A stretch of 64,000 nucleotides of DNA from a virus. Lineage: Duplodnaviria; Heunggongvirae; Uroviricota; Caudoviricetes. Position numbers and translations under genes: made by a program. Shown here in pieces: positions 26,120-34,093 of this stretch. The notes beneath the pieces are model-generated. The model was not told where the DNA came from. It did no database searches and saw only the letters and a program-made list of their open reading frames with translations. The DNA is taken from the IMG/VR virus record IMGVR_UViG_3300033124_000732; one strand, written 5' to 3'. Position 1 is the stretch's first letter, and every line of letters begins with the position of its first letter.

Positions 26120-26633
26120 TATCTACAGGGATCCACCCCAATTTAAAAAAGTCTTCGCGTATTTCTTCTGTGACTGTACCTTCGGGCACATAGCCTTTAG
26201 CACCATCGGCATCACCATTGCCCAATCCATCACCTATGCCCGAACAGTACCAATTGATGTAGTCACCCTCCTCACGCATGTCAGCCACAATGCCGCCGGC
26301 ATATCGCCAACTGCAACTGTAGGTCTCACCCTTCAACAATGGCCATACTTCGTTCTTTTGCCAGTCTTGATTGCACAAGGCAGCGTAGATGTTTTGAGCG
26401 TAGGTGTCACTGGCCTTGGCTTTGTTGCAAATCCACTCAGTACTGCGCAAATCGTATTCAAGATTGTTTTCTCGCCACTTTTCGTCGGCCTCACGTTGAG
26501 CATTGTGTTCGTTGATCATGCGTTCAAGATCTAAAGCTCGTTGAACATCTTCATCAGGGTTGCCTCCTTCCGCAATGACATCTTCAATTCTGCATTGGCT
26601 GTGAAAGGTTCCGCGGGCAGGACTTTTGTTCAT
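26106..26633 (-). CDS. hypothetical acidic protein (175 aa)
   Basis: ORF with ATG at 26631-26633. No motif recognised. Confidence 0.45.
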   Translation of the reverse strand: MNKSPARGTFHSQCRIEDVIAEGGNPDEDVQRALDLERMINEHNAQREADEKWRENNLEYDLRSTEWICNKAKASDTYAQNIYAALCNQDWQKNEVWPLLKGETYSCSWRYAGGIVADMREEGDYINWYCSGIGDGLGNGDADGAKGYVPEGTVTEEIREDFFKLGWIPVDNDEV

Positions 26634-26639
26634 AATATT

Positions 26640-26725
26640 TGGTACCAGAGACGGGTATCGAACCCGTATGCCCTTTCAAGCGGCAGATTTTAAGTCTGCT
26701 GTGTATACCATTCCACCACTCTGGC
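26640..26725 (-). tRNA. tRNA-Leu(UAA), type II
   Basis: 86 nt. Anticodon stem GCAGA/TCTGC with loop CTTAAAA. Long variable arm. Encoded CCA. Confidence 0.85.
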
Positions 26726-26743
26726 TTTGTGTTATTTACTGCA

Positions 26744-26818
26744 TGGTCCGGCCGCCAGGAATCGAACCTGGATTGATTGCTTAGAAGGCAACTGTATTAT
26801 CCATTATACTACGGCCAG
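26744..26818 (-). tRNA. tRNA-Arg(UCU)
   Basis: Anticodon stem TTGC/GCAA with loop CTTCTAA. T-loop GGTTCGATTCC. Encoded CCA. Confidence 0.8.
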
Positions 26819-26822
26819 TGTT

Positions 26823-26897
26823 TGGTGGGCCAACTTGGAATTGAACCAAGACTCGACCGATTATGAGTCGGTTGCTTTACCATTAAGCTATTGGCCC
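26823..26897 (-). tRNA. tRNA-Met/Ile2(CAU), third CAU tRNA
   Basis: Anticodon stem ACCGA/TCGGT with loop CTCATAA. T-loop GGTTCAATTCC. Encoded CCA. Confidence 0.8.
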
Positions 26898-26920
26898 TGT
26901 GCTACATTGTAGCAGGAAAA

Positions 26921-27301
26921 CTATTTAGTGTCAACTGTGCCGTCGGCCAAGTGGTCGTGTTTAATTTCCTTTACTGGATGCCCCAAAATAGTGGCAATGG
27001 AATTTTTGTAAGCAATGCGTTTGTTGTTGTGATCTCTAATGGCAATGGCACGCCGGCCAATTTCTTGTAGACTCAACATCTGTTCCACGCCTGATTTAAG
27101 TTGCCATTCCAAATCCCAGATAGCATGATGGATATCGGTCATGGCTTGAATGTCTGAATCCAGTTCGGGACTTTGTGGTAGTTGTTGAAACTTGTCCTCG
27201 TACCAATCAAGTTCAACTTGGTTGGCACCTTTGGTTCGTGCATGTTTTACTCTGGCAATGCAGAGTCTGTCAATTAGTTCTAATACTGGAAGAAATTCCA
27301 T
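26921..27301 (-). CDS. hypothetical protein (126 aa)
   Basis: ORF with AAGGG RBS. A TATAAT box (TTGTATAAT on the minus strand) sits 25-35 nt upstream of the ATG. Confidence 0.5.
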   Translation of the reverse strand: MEFLPVLELIDRLCIARVKHARTKGANQVELDWYEDKFQQLPQSPELDSDIQAMTDIHHAIWDLEWQLKSGVEQMLSLQEIGRRAIAIRDHNNKRIAYKNSIATILGHPVKEIKHDHLADGTVDTK

Positions 27302-27355
27302 AGCATACCCTTTCTATTTTGTATAGAATTATTATACAAAAATGCGAAGTGTTTG

Positions 27356-27481
27356 TCAACCTTCCATTTCGGCAATCAGCAGATCAGCAAATTGTTGACA
27401 GAAGATAGCAAACCAAAGTTCCGTCATGACTTCTTCGGGTGCGCCAGCGGCCCGCACCAGGCGTTCAAGTTCAGCGTTCAT
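27356..27481 (-). CDS. small protein (41 aa)
   Basis: ATG at 27479-27481 overlaps the upstream gene's stop (ATGA). Last gene of the SPFH operon chain. Confidence 0.3.
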   Translation of the reverse strand: MNAELERLVRAAGAPEEVMTELWFAIFCQQFADLLIAEMEG

Positions 27482-27774
27482 AGCCTGGAATCATAAGTGA
27501 AGGCAGCAAGATATCGCATGCTGGCACGGCTGGGAATGTGCTGGTCACAGAATCGCTGGTACGCCGCCCGCCACTGCGTTTGGACGGGTGCTGGTGCATG
27601 GCAAGCAAGATAATGCAAGTGGCCAAATCTGCGCCCAATGCTGATGTGATTGGGCTTCCAGCCTGCAGGATACCATTTGTTGCGAGTTTGCCAGTTGTAG
27701 TTTACCCAGATACCCATTCGGCGTTCTTGCATGATATACTTTTTAGATATATCTTGTGGTCTAAATCGATTCAT
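27478..27774 (-). CDS. hypothetical protein (98 aa)
   Basis: ORF in the overlapping-gene chain. Confidence 0.4.
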   Translation of the reverse strand: MNRFRPQDISKKYIMQERRMGIWVNYNWQTRNKWYPAGWKPNHISIGRRFGHLHYLACHAPAPVQTQWRAAYQRFCDQHIPSRASMRYLAAFTYDSRL

Positions 27775-28139
27775 TTTTCAACTTCCTCTACGGGTTGATT
27801 GGGAATGTTTTCTGTATCACCATCTTGTGCAGGTACAAAGCCCATGCCTAACATTGTTTCAGTTTCAAAAGGCGTGCAGTGCGGACGGAACACAAACAGT
27901 CGGCAAGTGAGATTATCTTGACTGTAGTAGATCCTATAACTCACACGTTCTACATTTAATACTTGAGCAAGATCGGGTCCATTAAAACTTTCAGGCCATG
28001 CCTCGGTCACACTGGCACGAGTCTTTTCAAAATAGAAATCCTGCATGTGCCGGATGGCCGCTGCCTTGGCTTCCGCTTGCTTTTGCTCACACCATGCAAT
28101 CTTGCGGTCAAGCATTGCCGCAGTGATTTTATTGCTCAT
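27771..28139 (-). CDS. hypothetical protein (122 aa)
   Basis: ORF in the overlapping-gene chain (ATGA overlaps at both ends). Confidence 0.45.
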   Translation of the reverse strand: MSNKITAAMLDRKIAWCEQKQAEAKAAAIRHMQDFYFEKTRASVTEAWPESFNGPDLAQVLNVERVSYRIYYSQDNLTCRLFVFRPHCTPFETETMLGMGFVPAQDGDTENIPNQPVEEVEK

Positions 28140-28312
28140 CTACGACTCCAAGCAATGTACCCACCGTTAGTGTCACTCCATGGGCAGTATCGTTCCCAAA
28201 GTGCTTGACTTGAGTCGGGATTTTCTTTCATCAAACGATCTAGGTCGGGACGAGTTTTATACCCATCCAGACTCCAGTCGTGATTTTTTAGTGCAGTTTC
28301 AAGATCGATCAT
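28136..28312 (-). CDS. small protein (58 aa)
   Basis: ATG 28310-28312 overlaps the SPFH gene's stop. Its stop 28136-28138 overlaps the next gene's ATG. Confidence 0.3.
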   Translation of the reverse strand: MIDLETALKNHDWSLDGYKTRPDLDRLMKENPDSSQALWERYCPWSDTNGGYIAWSRR

Positions 28313-29103
28313 TTTTGCATCATCAGCGCATTGAAGTTTGCAGGAACAACAATCGTTTGCACACGGCCGTTCTTGATACCTTCTGAGATATTCATCATAG
28401 CCTGCGCTTGCATGTAAGCAATTGACTGAGCACCTTGATTACTCAATGCTTGCATACGCTCTGCTTCCATCTTTGCAGTCTTAACTTCAACTTCTTTTTG
28501 TTTCAATTCATTCTTAGCACGAACCAACTCATTTGCACTTGCAACAACTGAATCGGCAGGTACAATATTCCGAATCAACACTTGACCAACAACCAAACTA
28601 CCGTCAAGTTTTTCATCAGCCAAACTCTTTTGAATTTGTTCTTTGATTGCCTGTTCCATCACTTGACGATTGTCAGCCATATCCAATGCCTCATACTTGC
28701 GAGCTTCTTTGTAGATAGCATTACGAGCAGTTTGGACAATATAATTAAACATCAAATAAATGTCGCCGTTTTGTCGAGCATGGAATGCTTGGCTCTTGGT
28801 TGAGTACAGCTCTGCAACCTGTGCTTGATTGATGTTATAGATAACCACAGCATCAAAGTCTTTCATTGTTGAGTTATCTTTGGCCACTGGGGTCATGTCG
28901 TCCAATCTAACATTCACATCCTTGATTGGAAATGTAAGAACATCACCCCAGAAAGTTTGATTAAACGAGCCAGGCAAAAGTTCACCTTGCTGTACTTGTT
29001 TATCAAAGCCAACACGGACACCAACTTCACCTGTTTCAATACGAGTACAACCTGTTGCCAGCACAGCCGCGGCAAGAACGGAGAGAGTCAAAATACGTTT
29101 CAT
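28309..29103 (-). CDS. SPFH/Band-7 (HflK/C, prohibitin-like) domain lipoprotein
   Basis: Lipobox LATGC after the signal peptide. SPFH-like core followed by a long coiled coil (ELVRAKNELKQKEVEVKTAKMEAERMQAL). Confidence 0.7.
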   Translation of the reverse strand: MKRILTLSVLAAAVLATGCTRIETGEVGVRVGFDKQVQQGELLPGSFNQTFWGDVLTFPIKDVNVRLDDMTPVAKDNSTMKDFDAVVIYNINQAQVAELYSTKSQAFHARQNGDIYLMFNYIVQTARNAIYKEARKYEALDMADNRQVMEQAIKEQIQKSLADEKLDGSLVVGQVLIRNIVPADSVVASANELVRAKNELKQKEVEVKTAKMEAERMQALSNQGAQSIAYMQAQAMMNISEGIKNGRVQTIVVPANFNALMMQK

Positions 29104-29112
29104 TTTATATCC

Positions 29113-29289
29113 TTAAAAAAGCACCACAAGGGCGATTAGACTACCAAAAGTAAGTATAGCACAAAATGCACTGTAAGTCAAGAGTTTTACCAAACTCCAT
29201 GTTTCTTTTCCGGACATGTTCCGCATGTACCGAATACCAAAAAAGAACATGCCAAACACCACAACAAAAGCTAGAATTATTCTAATCAT
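29113..29289 (-). CDS. small two-TM membrane protein (58 aa)
   Basis: MIRIILAFVVVFGMFFFGIRY...TFGSLIALVVLF. The ATG overlaps the upstream stop (ATGA). Confidence 0.35.
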   Translation of the reverse strand: MIRIILAFVVVFGMFFFGIRYMRNMSGKETWSLVKLLTYSAFCAILTFGSLIALVVLF

Positions 29290-29513
29290 TCTTCAACTCC
29301 GAAATGTTCTTTAATCTCGCTAATACATTGCGAACCACCATTCAACCAAGTGTCTACCGATTCGGGAACAGGATCACTAATCGCTTGCTCACAACAACCG
29401 ATACATTCTCTTACAATCAACAGGGCAAACTTTTCCAGCTTGGTTGGGATACCATCTGGATTGTATGTTGGTAATCCAGCCTCATGAGCAAGTTCTCTAA
29501 TTCGATCGTTCAT
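29286..29513 (-). CDS. small-protein family member (N-term MNDRIRELAHEAG, core FALLIVRECIG, C-term HFGVEE)
   Basis: Shares N-terminal, core and C-terminal blocks with 29697, 30815, 31822 and 32046. Start taken at the internal Met at 29513. Confidence 0.55.
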   Translation of the reverse strand: MNDRIRELAHEAGLPTYNPDGIPTKLEKFALLIVRECIGCCEQAISDPVPESVDTWLNGGSQCISEIKEHFGVEE

Positions 29514-29700
29514 TTTGTTCTTTCTCATAACAAGGAACACAATATGTATGTTGGGTACCGGGACCACCCATACCACTAATCCAACCACCGCAACAACCGC
29601 AAGTCATAACAGCCGCTGTATACATATAACCTTTAGGCTGAACAATTGATTGCCAATTATCTTTACCAGCTTTACGATAACCTAAAATTTCATCAGTCAC
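29497..29700 (-). CDS. small Cys-rich protein (67 aa)
   Basis: TCGCCGGW...CVPC cysteine cluster. ATGA overlap with the upstream gene. Confidence 0.4.
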   Translation of the reverse strand: MTDEILGYRKAGKDNWQSIVQPKGYMYTAAVMTCGCCGGWISGMGGPGTQHTYCVPCYEKEQNERSN

Positions 29701-29987
29701 TCTTCAACTCCGAAATGTTTCTTAATAAGTTTGGCGTTTTTCTTCAGCAAGAAACTGCCATAATGTTTAACGGCTTCTTCGTAGCCTTCCATCCAATCAG
29801 TGGTTTTGTTGTGTGATTCTGGTTCTACCGTTCTAATAGTAAATTGTTTGTTGCCATTTTCTATTAATATATCAGCACACTCCATAACAATCAATTCGGC
29901 AAACCTTTCTATTGCTTTGTGTCTGGCACCAGGATTATCAAATTCTTTGTCTACTTGTTCAGCAAATAGTTTAATCTTTTCATTCAT
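29697..29987 (-). CDS. small-protein family member (MNEKIKLFAEQ, FAELIVMECA, HFGVEE)
   Basis: Family motifs present. 96 aa. Confidence 0.55.
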   Translation of the reverse strand: MNEKIKLFAEQVDKEFDNPGARHKAIERFAELIVMECADILIENGNKQFTIRTVEPESHNKTTDWMEGYEEAVKHYGSFLLKKNAKLIKKHFGVEE

Positions 29988-30325
29988 ACATTCCTCAATC
30001 CTACTCTACTATAACCCAACTTTGATTTTATCTCTTTACGGCCTTGTTTGTCCAACGGACGAATCTCTGGATACTTTTTGGGTTTGTTTGGCCATCCTCT
30101 TGGTTCAACGGTTTCACCTGTCAATTCATAACGAAAGTCTGGATCGTAAACCATGTTGCCAGAACTCTTGGGCACAACCTTGCCGTCCTTGTGGACAAAG
30201 ATGACGCCTCGTTGCATACAGAAACACCAACCTTTGTCGGTCATTACATTACCATTTATGGTGCCTACATATTTGACAACATTGCCACGGTGCATTTCTT
30301 TAATTGCTTCGTGGTAGTCAATCAT
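29984..30325 (-). CDS. hypothetical protein (113 aa)
   Basis: ORF with ATGA overlaps. Confidence 0.45.
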   Translation of the reverse strand: MIDYHEAIKEMHRGNVVKYVGTINGNVMTDKGWCFCMQRGVIFVHKDGKVVPKSSGNMVYDPDFRYELTGETVEPRGWPNKPKKYPEIRPLDKQGRKEIKSKLGYSRVGLRNV

Positions 30326-30561
30326 TCTTTAACTCCAAACAATCTATTAAATTCGTCAATGATACCCGACCCCATACCACCCACCGCAAAGAAATAATCA
30401 AAATTGTCATAGTCATTGCCCTTTTGATAGTGTTCAGTTCTACCACCAATCACGGCATAGTCATTGGTAATGTATTCATTCCATTGCTTTGCCCATGACA
30501 ATGCTTTATCAGCATTCACTCTGGGAACGGTAACCCAATTCTTTACAATTTCTTCGTTCAT
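30322..30561 (-). CDS. small protein ending LFGVKE (79 aa), distant family member
   Basis: C-terminal FGVKE block and shared 3' nucleotide element. Confidence 0.45.
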   Translation of the reverse strand: MNEEIVKNWVTVPRVNADKALSWAKQWNEYITNDYAVIGGRTEHYQKGNDYDNFDYFFAVGGMGSGIIDEFNRLFGVKE

Positions 30562-30650
30562 TCTTCAACTCTGAAATGTTATATAAATCATTGGTCCAAA
30601 CATTATAACACATACCAAAAGAAAAAGCAAGGCCGATCTCCAATGCCAGA

Positions 30651-30818
30651 TCATTCTTTGCCACTGAAGTTTTGTTCGATCAGAAATTGAGTATGGTAAT
30701 AATCACCTTCAATTTCAACCGCCAGTTCATCGAGTTTTCTTTTAATCAGAGACTGAACCTGTTCGTAAGTTTGTCCAAACCTTGGGGTTGTGATAAAATC
30801 AATTTTGACTTCAATCAT
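30651..30818 (-). CDS. small protein (about 55 aa) ending in KE
   Basis: ATG overlaps the stop of 30815..31033. Ends GGCAAAGAATGA, a variant of the conserved 3' element. Confidence 0.3.
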   Translation of the reverse strand: MIEVKIDFITTPRFGQTYEQVQSLIKRKLDELAVEIEGDYYHTQFLIEQNFSGKE

Positions 30819-31033
30819 TCTTTAACTCCGAAATGTTTCAACATAAACTTTTTCTTGTATCCTGCCATATCCAGTTCATGTTCAGCATACTCGGCACATT
30901 CCCGAACAATCAACTCGGCGAACTTTTCCTGATCCAATGCTTTGATCTCAGTATATCCACCATCAAGGTATCCTACAATCTTTTGCGCCTGTTCAGCAAG
31001 TTTTTGAATTCGTTCGTTCATCACACTCTCCAA
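30815..31033 (-). CDS. small-protein family member (MNERIQKLAEQAQ, FAELIVRECAEYA, HFGVKE)
   Basis: Canonical family member. 72 aa. Confidence 0.55.
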   Translation of the reverse strand: MESVMNERIQKLAEQAQKIVGYLDGGYTEIKALDQEKFAELIVRECAEYAEHELDMAGYKKKFMLKHFGVKE

Positions 31034-31467
31034 ATTTCATCAAAGCCTTCCGACAAGTCTGGCTCTTCCCAGTCTTCAATCATGCGCTCGATCACATCGG
31101 GTGGAATGGTTTTGCCAGGACGGCTGGCCAATCGTCGTTCAAGTTCTGCCGGCTCGGGCGTGGGAAAGACCACAGCAATGGCCGAGTAGTCGGGCAACAA
31201 GCGAAACTTCTTGGCCCGGCTTGCCCGTGTGGTGCTGGTCTGATCCCAGATGATGTCGTTGTTGTTGGCCTGTGCAGTCAACGCATGGTTGGTCATGAGC
31301 CGCACTGCCACAGGCATGTATTCTTCAAACACTTCTGAATAGGTCTTGCCCTGCTGACGAGCATAATCTTCCACCCAGGGATCTGTGCTGACCACACTCA
31401 AGCCCAAGGCCCAGACCTGGTCTTTGATCCAGGTGCTTTTGCCTGATCCTGGCACTCCTACCAACAT
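31021..31467 (-). CDS. P-loop NTPase / kinase-like protein (about 148 aa)
   Basis: Walker A LVGVPGSGKSTW at the N-terminus from the internal Met at 31467. Nucleoside/polynucleotide-kinase-like size. Confidence 0.55.
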   Translation of the reverse strand: MLVGVPGSGKSTWIKDQVWALGLSVVSTDPWVEDYARQQGKTYSEVFEEYMPVAVRLMTNHALTAQANNNDIIWDQTSTTRASRAKKFRLLPDYSAIAVVFPTPEPAELERRLASRPGKTIPPDVIERMIEDWEEPDLSEGFDEIWRV

Positions 31468-31474
31468 GTACAAT

Positions 31475-31699
31475 TTAGGCACTGTGAACTCCAAAATGTT
31501 CTTTGAACAAATCTTTACCACTAATTGCTCTGCCCGTGGTATAAACAATGTCAAAACTATCATTCTCAATGTGATACCGATTGCGGTCGCAGTTTACATA
31601 CTCGCCCCGGTCATCAGTATACACTTGTCGCATCTGGGTAAAGGTACTATCCACAACACCATCAAAGATAACTCGGGTAGTGATTTTACGCTTGTTCAT
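31475..31699 (-). CDS. small protein (74 aa) ending FKEHFGVHSA
   Basis: Degenerate version of the family C-terminus. Confidence 0.4.
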   Translation of the reverse strand: MNKRKITTRVIFDGVVDSTFTQMRQVYTDDRGEYVNCDRNRYHIENDSFDIVYTTGRAISGKDLFKEHFGVHSA

Positions 31700-31821
31700 T
31701 CTTCAACCCCAAATCAATTTTTTAACAAAACTAAAAACGACCATAAAGATCACGAAGTAAGCAGCCGCACCTACCAAGAGTAGGTATACAATGGCCCACC
31801 AGCCTGCCCGCTCACCTGCCG

Positions 31822-32049
31822 TCATTCTTCAACTCCGAAATGTTGTCTAATCTCATTGTGGGCACTATCACCGAATTGATTATGAAACCCTAATACTGTA
31901 TCAGCACATTCCCGAACAATCAACTCGGCAAACTTTTCAACATATTCAGTCAAATCAACATAATCTTCCCACGAGTTGTATACTTTACCATCAGTGGTTT
32001 CATACACTAACTGCGATTGTAGAGCAAGTTGTTTAATTCGTTCATTCAT
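31822..32049 (-). CDS. small-protein family member (MNERIKQLALQ, FAELIVRECADTV, HFGVEE)
   Basis: Canonical family member. 75 aa. Confidence 0.55.
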   Translation of the reverse strand: MNERIKQLALQSQLVYETTDGKVYNSWEDYVDLTEYVEKFAELIVRECADTVLGFHNQFGDSAHNEIRQHFGVEE

Positions 32050-32285
32050 TCTTTAACTCCAAATTGTCGTGCAATCCGATATGCAACAATGCCCACTGCA
32101 TTTGATTCGCTGAGACTGTTGGCATTTTCAAGTTGATCCTGCCAATTTTTAGCAATATTCATACATTCCCGAACAATCAACTCGGCGAACTTTTCCTCGT
32201 CAAACCCAAATGTTAACAGTTCACCATTGACACCATAAGTTTCAATTCGACACTGTTCAGCAAGTTCTTGAATTCGTTCGTTCAC
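32046..32285 (-). CDS. small-protein family member (VNERIQELAEQ, FAELIVRECMN, QFGVKE), probable GTG start
   Basis: Family motifs begin at a GTG (32283-32285) that overlaps the upstream gene's stop (GTGA). The ORF track extends it to 32363 with a non-family leader. Confidence 0.45.
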   Translation of the reverse strand: MNERIQELAEQCRIETYGVNGELLTFGFDEEKFAELIVRECMNIAKNWQDQLENANSLSESNAVGIVAYRIARQFGVKE

Positions 32286-32560
32286 TTCAAGTCGCCTTTG
32301 AGGGTGTGCCACATGCGGGGATCGGTGCCCAAGTAGATGCGATACTTTTGATAATTGCGCCACTGGCTCAGACGGTTCACACCACGCTCAACCCAGTCAA
32401 ACATGGCACTGCGGAACCACAAGGGATTCACAATGGCCACAATCAAGGCTGTGGCCACAGGCACAATCAGCACAGCCACAACCAGCCAATGAAATGTCAT
32501 TGCACGGTAGTAACGGCCACCACCGGGCACCAGTTCAATTTCTTTGTTCATATTTGCCAT
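32282..32560 (-). CDS. small membrane protein (92 aa)
   Basis: Hydrophobic segment WLVVAVLIVPVATALIVAIV. Confidence 0.4.
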   Translation of the reverse strand: MANMNKEIELVPGGGRYYRAMTFHWLVVAVLIVPVATALIVAIVNPLWFRSAMFDWVERGVNRLSQWRNYQKYRIYLGTDPRMWHTLKGDLK

Positions 32561-32961
32561 TCCTTTCTTGTAAAGCGTTTTTTGAGAATCTTGTCAGCCA
32601 CTGCCAACAGGTCTTGCGTGACATCTTCCTCGAGGTCTGGGTCAGTGCTCTTTTTGAGACCCAGTGCAACCTTTTCTTCTGCTGTGAGTTTACGCAGGGC
32701 CGCCCGCCGCAGGCGCACACGCTCTTGTTTGCGTTCTTCCTTTTCGCGGGCCTTGCGGTCTGCTTCTTTGTGTTTGGCCCACCATTCACGCACTTCGTCA
32801 TCACGGAGCAACAGCATATCTTCAATCTTGTTGTTTTCCAGTTCAGTCATGGCCTTGCAGGCAATGCGAGCCAGCAGGTCAGCACGATCTTTGAGATCGC
32901 GATACTGCCTACTGTCAGTGGGGCTGGAATAACTGTCTGACGCATAGTCTCTACAGGGCAT
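32548..32961 (-). CDS. hypothetical basic coiled-coil protein (137 aa)
   Basis: Lys/Arg/Glu-rich ORF. Confidence 0.45.
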   Translation of the reverse strand: MPCRDYASDSYSSPTDSRQYRDLKDRADLLARIACKAMTELENNKIEDMLLLRDDEVREWWAKHKEADRKAREKEERKQERVRLRRAALRKLTAEEKVALGLKKSTDPDLEEDVTQDLLAVADKILKKRFTRKEWQI

Positions 32962-32962
32962 G

Positions 32963-33391
32963 TTACTCTCCTTGTGCCTGGCAGGCTTTCAAAAACTCCA
33001 CACATGCGGCTTCGGTGCGCTTGGTCACCACCACTCGACCACCCCAGAAGCCCACAAACAGATTGCGGTGCGGCACAAACTTCACCTCACCGTCCGCACC
33101 TGTATGCTTTTGACGAGCCACTGGCTTTGCAGGTGCGGCCTTTTTTGCAGGTGCTTTAGGCACTGCAACCACCACAGGCTTTACTGCCACTGCCTTTGCA
33201 GGTGCAGGCACTTTCAACGGTGTCGGCGCAAAGCCATGCTTGGCATCATAGCGGGCTATGGCTTTTTCATCCATGCCCCATGTGGCCAGCAGTCGTTTGA
33301 CTTCCGTGCCGGGCAGTTGATTCCAATGTATGATAGGGTCAGTCCAGTTGGTCATGTTGGGCTCCTTAATAAGATTGATGTGAATGTCCAA
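32963..33391 (-). CDS. hypothetical protein with Ala/Pro/Lys-rich linker (142 aa)
   Basis: ORF with a PAPAKAVAVKPVVVAVPKAPAKKAAPAKP low-complexity segment. Confidence 0.45.
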   Translation of the reverse strand: MDIHINLIKEPNMTNWTDPIIHWNQLPGTEVKRLLATWGMDEKAIARYDAKHGFAPTPLKVPAPAKAVAVKPVVVAVPKAPAKKAAPAKPVARQKHTGADGEVKFVPHRNLFVGFWGGRVVVTKRTEAACVEFLKACQAQGE

Positions 33392-33566
33392 TACGATACA
33401 CGGGTGCGCCTGGCGTCAAATCATTTTCCGGAGTATACACTTCCGGCAACATGATATCCGCAAACTCACTGTAGGAGTAATAACCAGACTCGGTCACTAC
33501 CAAGCGAGCATCAGCGGGCAGGGCACTGAGTGCCTCAATCATTTGTGCTACAGTTATAGTGGTCAT
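33366..33566 (-). CDS. hypothetical protein (66 aa)
   Basis: GGAG RBS and an upstream TGCTATAAT extended -10 (33586-33602). Confidence 0.5.
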   Translation of the reverse strand: MTTITVAQMIEALSALPADARLVVTESGYYSYSEFADIMLPEVYTPENDLTPGAPVYRIGHSHQSY

Positions 33567-33585
33567 ATCGGGCTCCTTTGTTGTC

Positions 33586-33602
33586 TATGTGTGTATTATA
33601 GC
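33586..33602 (-). promoter_or_regulatory. extended -10 promoter TGCTATAATACACACAT (copy 1)
   Basis: On the minus strand reads TGnTATAAT, about 25 nt upstream of the RBS/ATG of 33366..33566. An identical 17-mer is repeated at 33949-33965. Confidence 0.5.
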
Positions 33603-33619
33603 AAAACGGTGATTTGGTG

Positions 33620-33988
33620 TCAACCGTTTTGCTTCACGCGAACATCCGTGTTCAGCGCAGGTGCATACTTTTGTATTAACTCGCGCTCCAACTTGTGTGC
33701 GGCATCTTTGCCACGCACAATGTCGATGATGGTGTAGTTGATAGCCGATTCGCCAGCGGCACGAATTGCTTCGTACAGGTTCCAGGCTTTGTCTTCTGTA
33801 CGGCTACGGTAGATGTGCTTGTTCACACGGCTACGGAGCGACATGTTAATTGTGCGCTGGGTTTTTGCGGTAATACCAATGTAGTACTCAAATCCAATTT
33901 GGATACAGTACACTATGTGGCTTCGATCAGTACGTTTCTTTCGCATCATGTGTGTATTATAGCATTTCGGGCATTTTCCGTCAACCAA
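33620..33988 (-). CDS. GIY-YIG family endonuclease with N-terminal CxxC zinc-finger-like segment
   Basis: [14 protein letters not shown] (GIY...YIG) and downstream [11 protein letters not shown]. The Met-Met pair at 33944-33949 sits directly after the TGCTATAAT copy 2, so the transcript may be leaderless. Confidence 0.6.
   Translation of the reverse strand: MVDGKCPKCYNTHMMRKKRTDRSHIVYCIQIGFEYYIGITAKTQRTINMSLRSRVNKHIYRSRTEDKAWNLYEAIRAAGESAINYTIIDIVRGKDAAHKLERELIQKYAPALNTDVRVKQNG
33949..33965 (-). promoter_or_regulatory. extended -10 promoter TGCTATAATACACACAT (copy 2)
   Basis: Identical 17-mer. On the minus strand, TGCTATAAT-ACACAC-ATGATG. Confidence 0.45.
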
Positions 33989-34093
33989 AATGTCTGTTGC
34001 AAAAATACAACAAAAGTACTACCTTTTTTGGGTGTAAAAAGTACTACTTTTTGCTATTTTAGCCCAGGGTCATTGGTGTTACTAAGTATTGAC

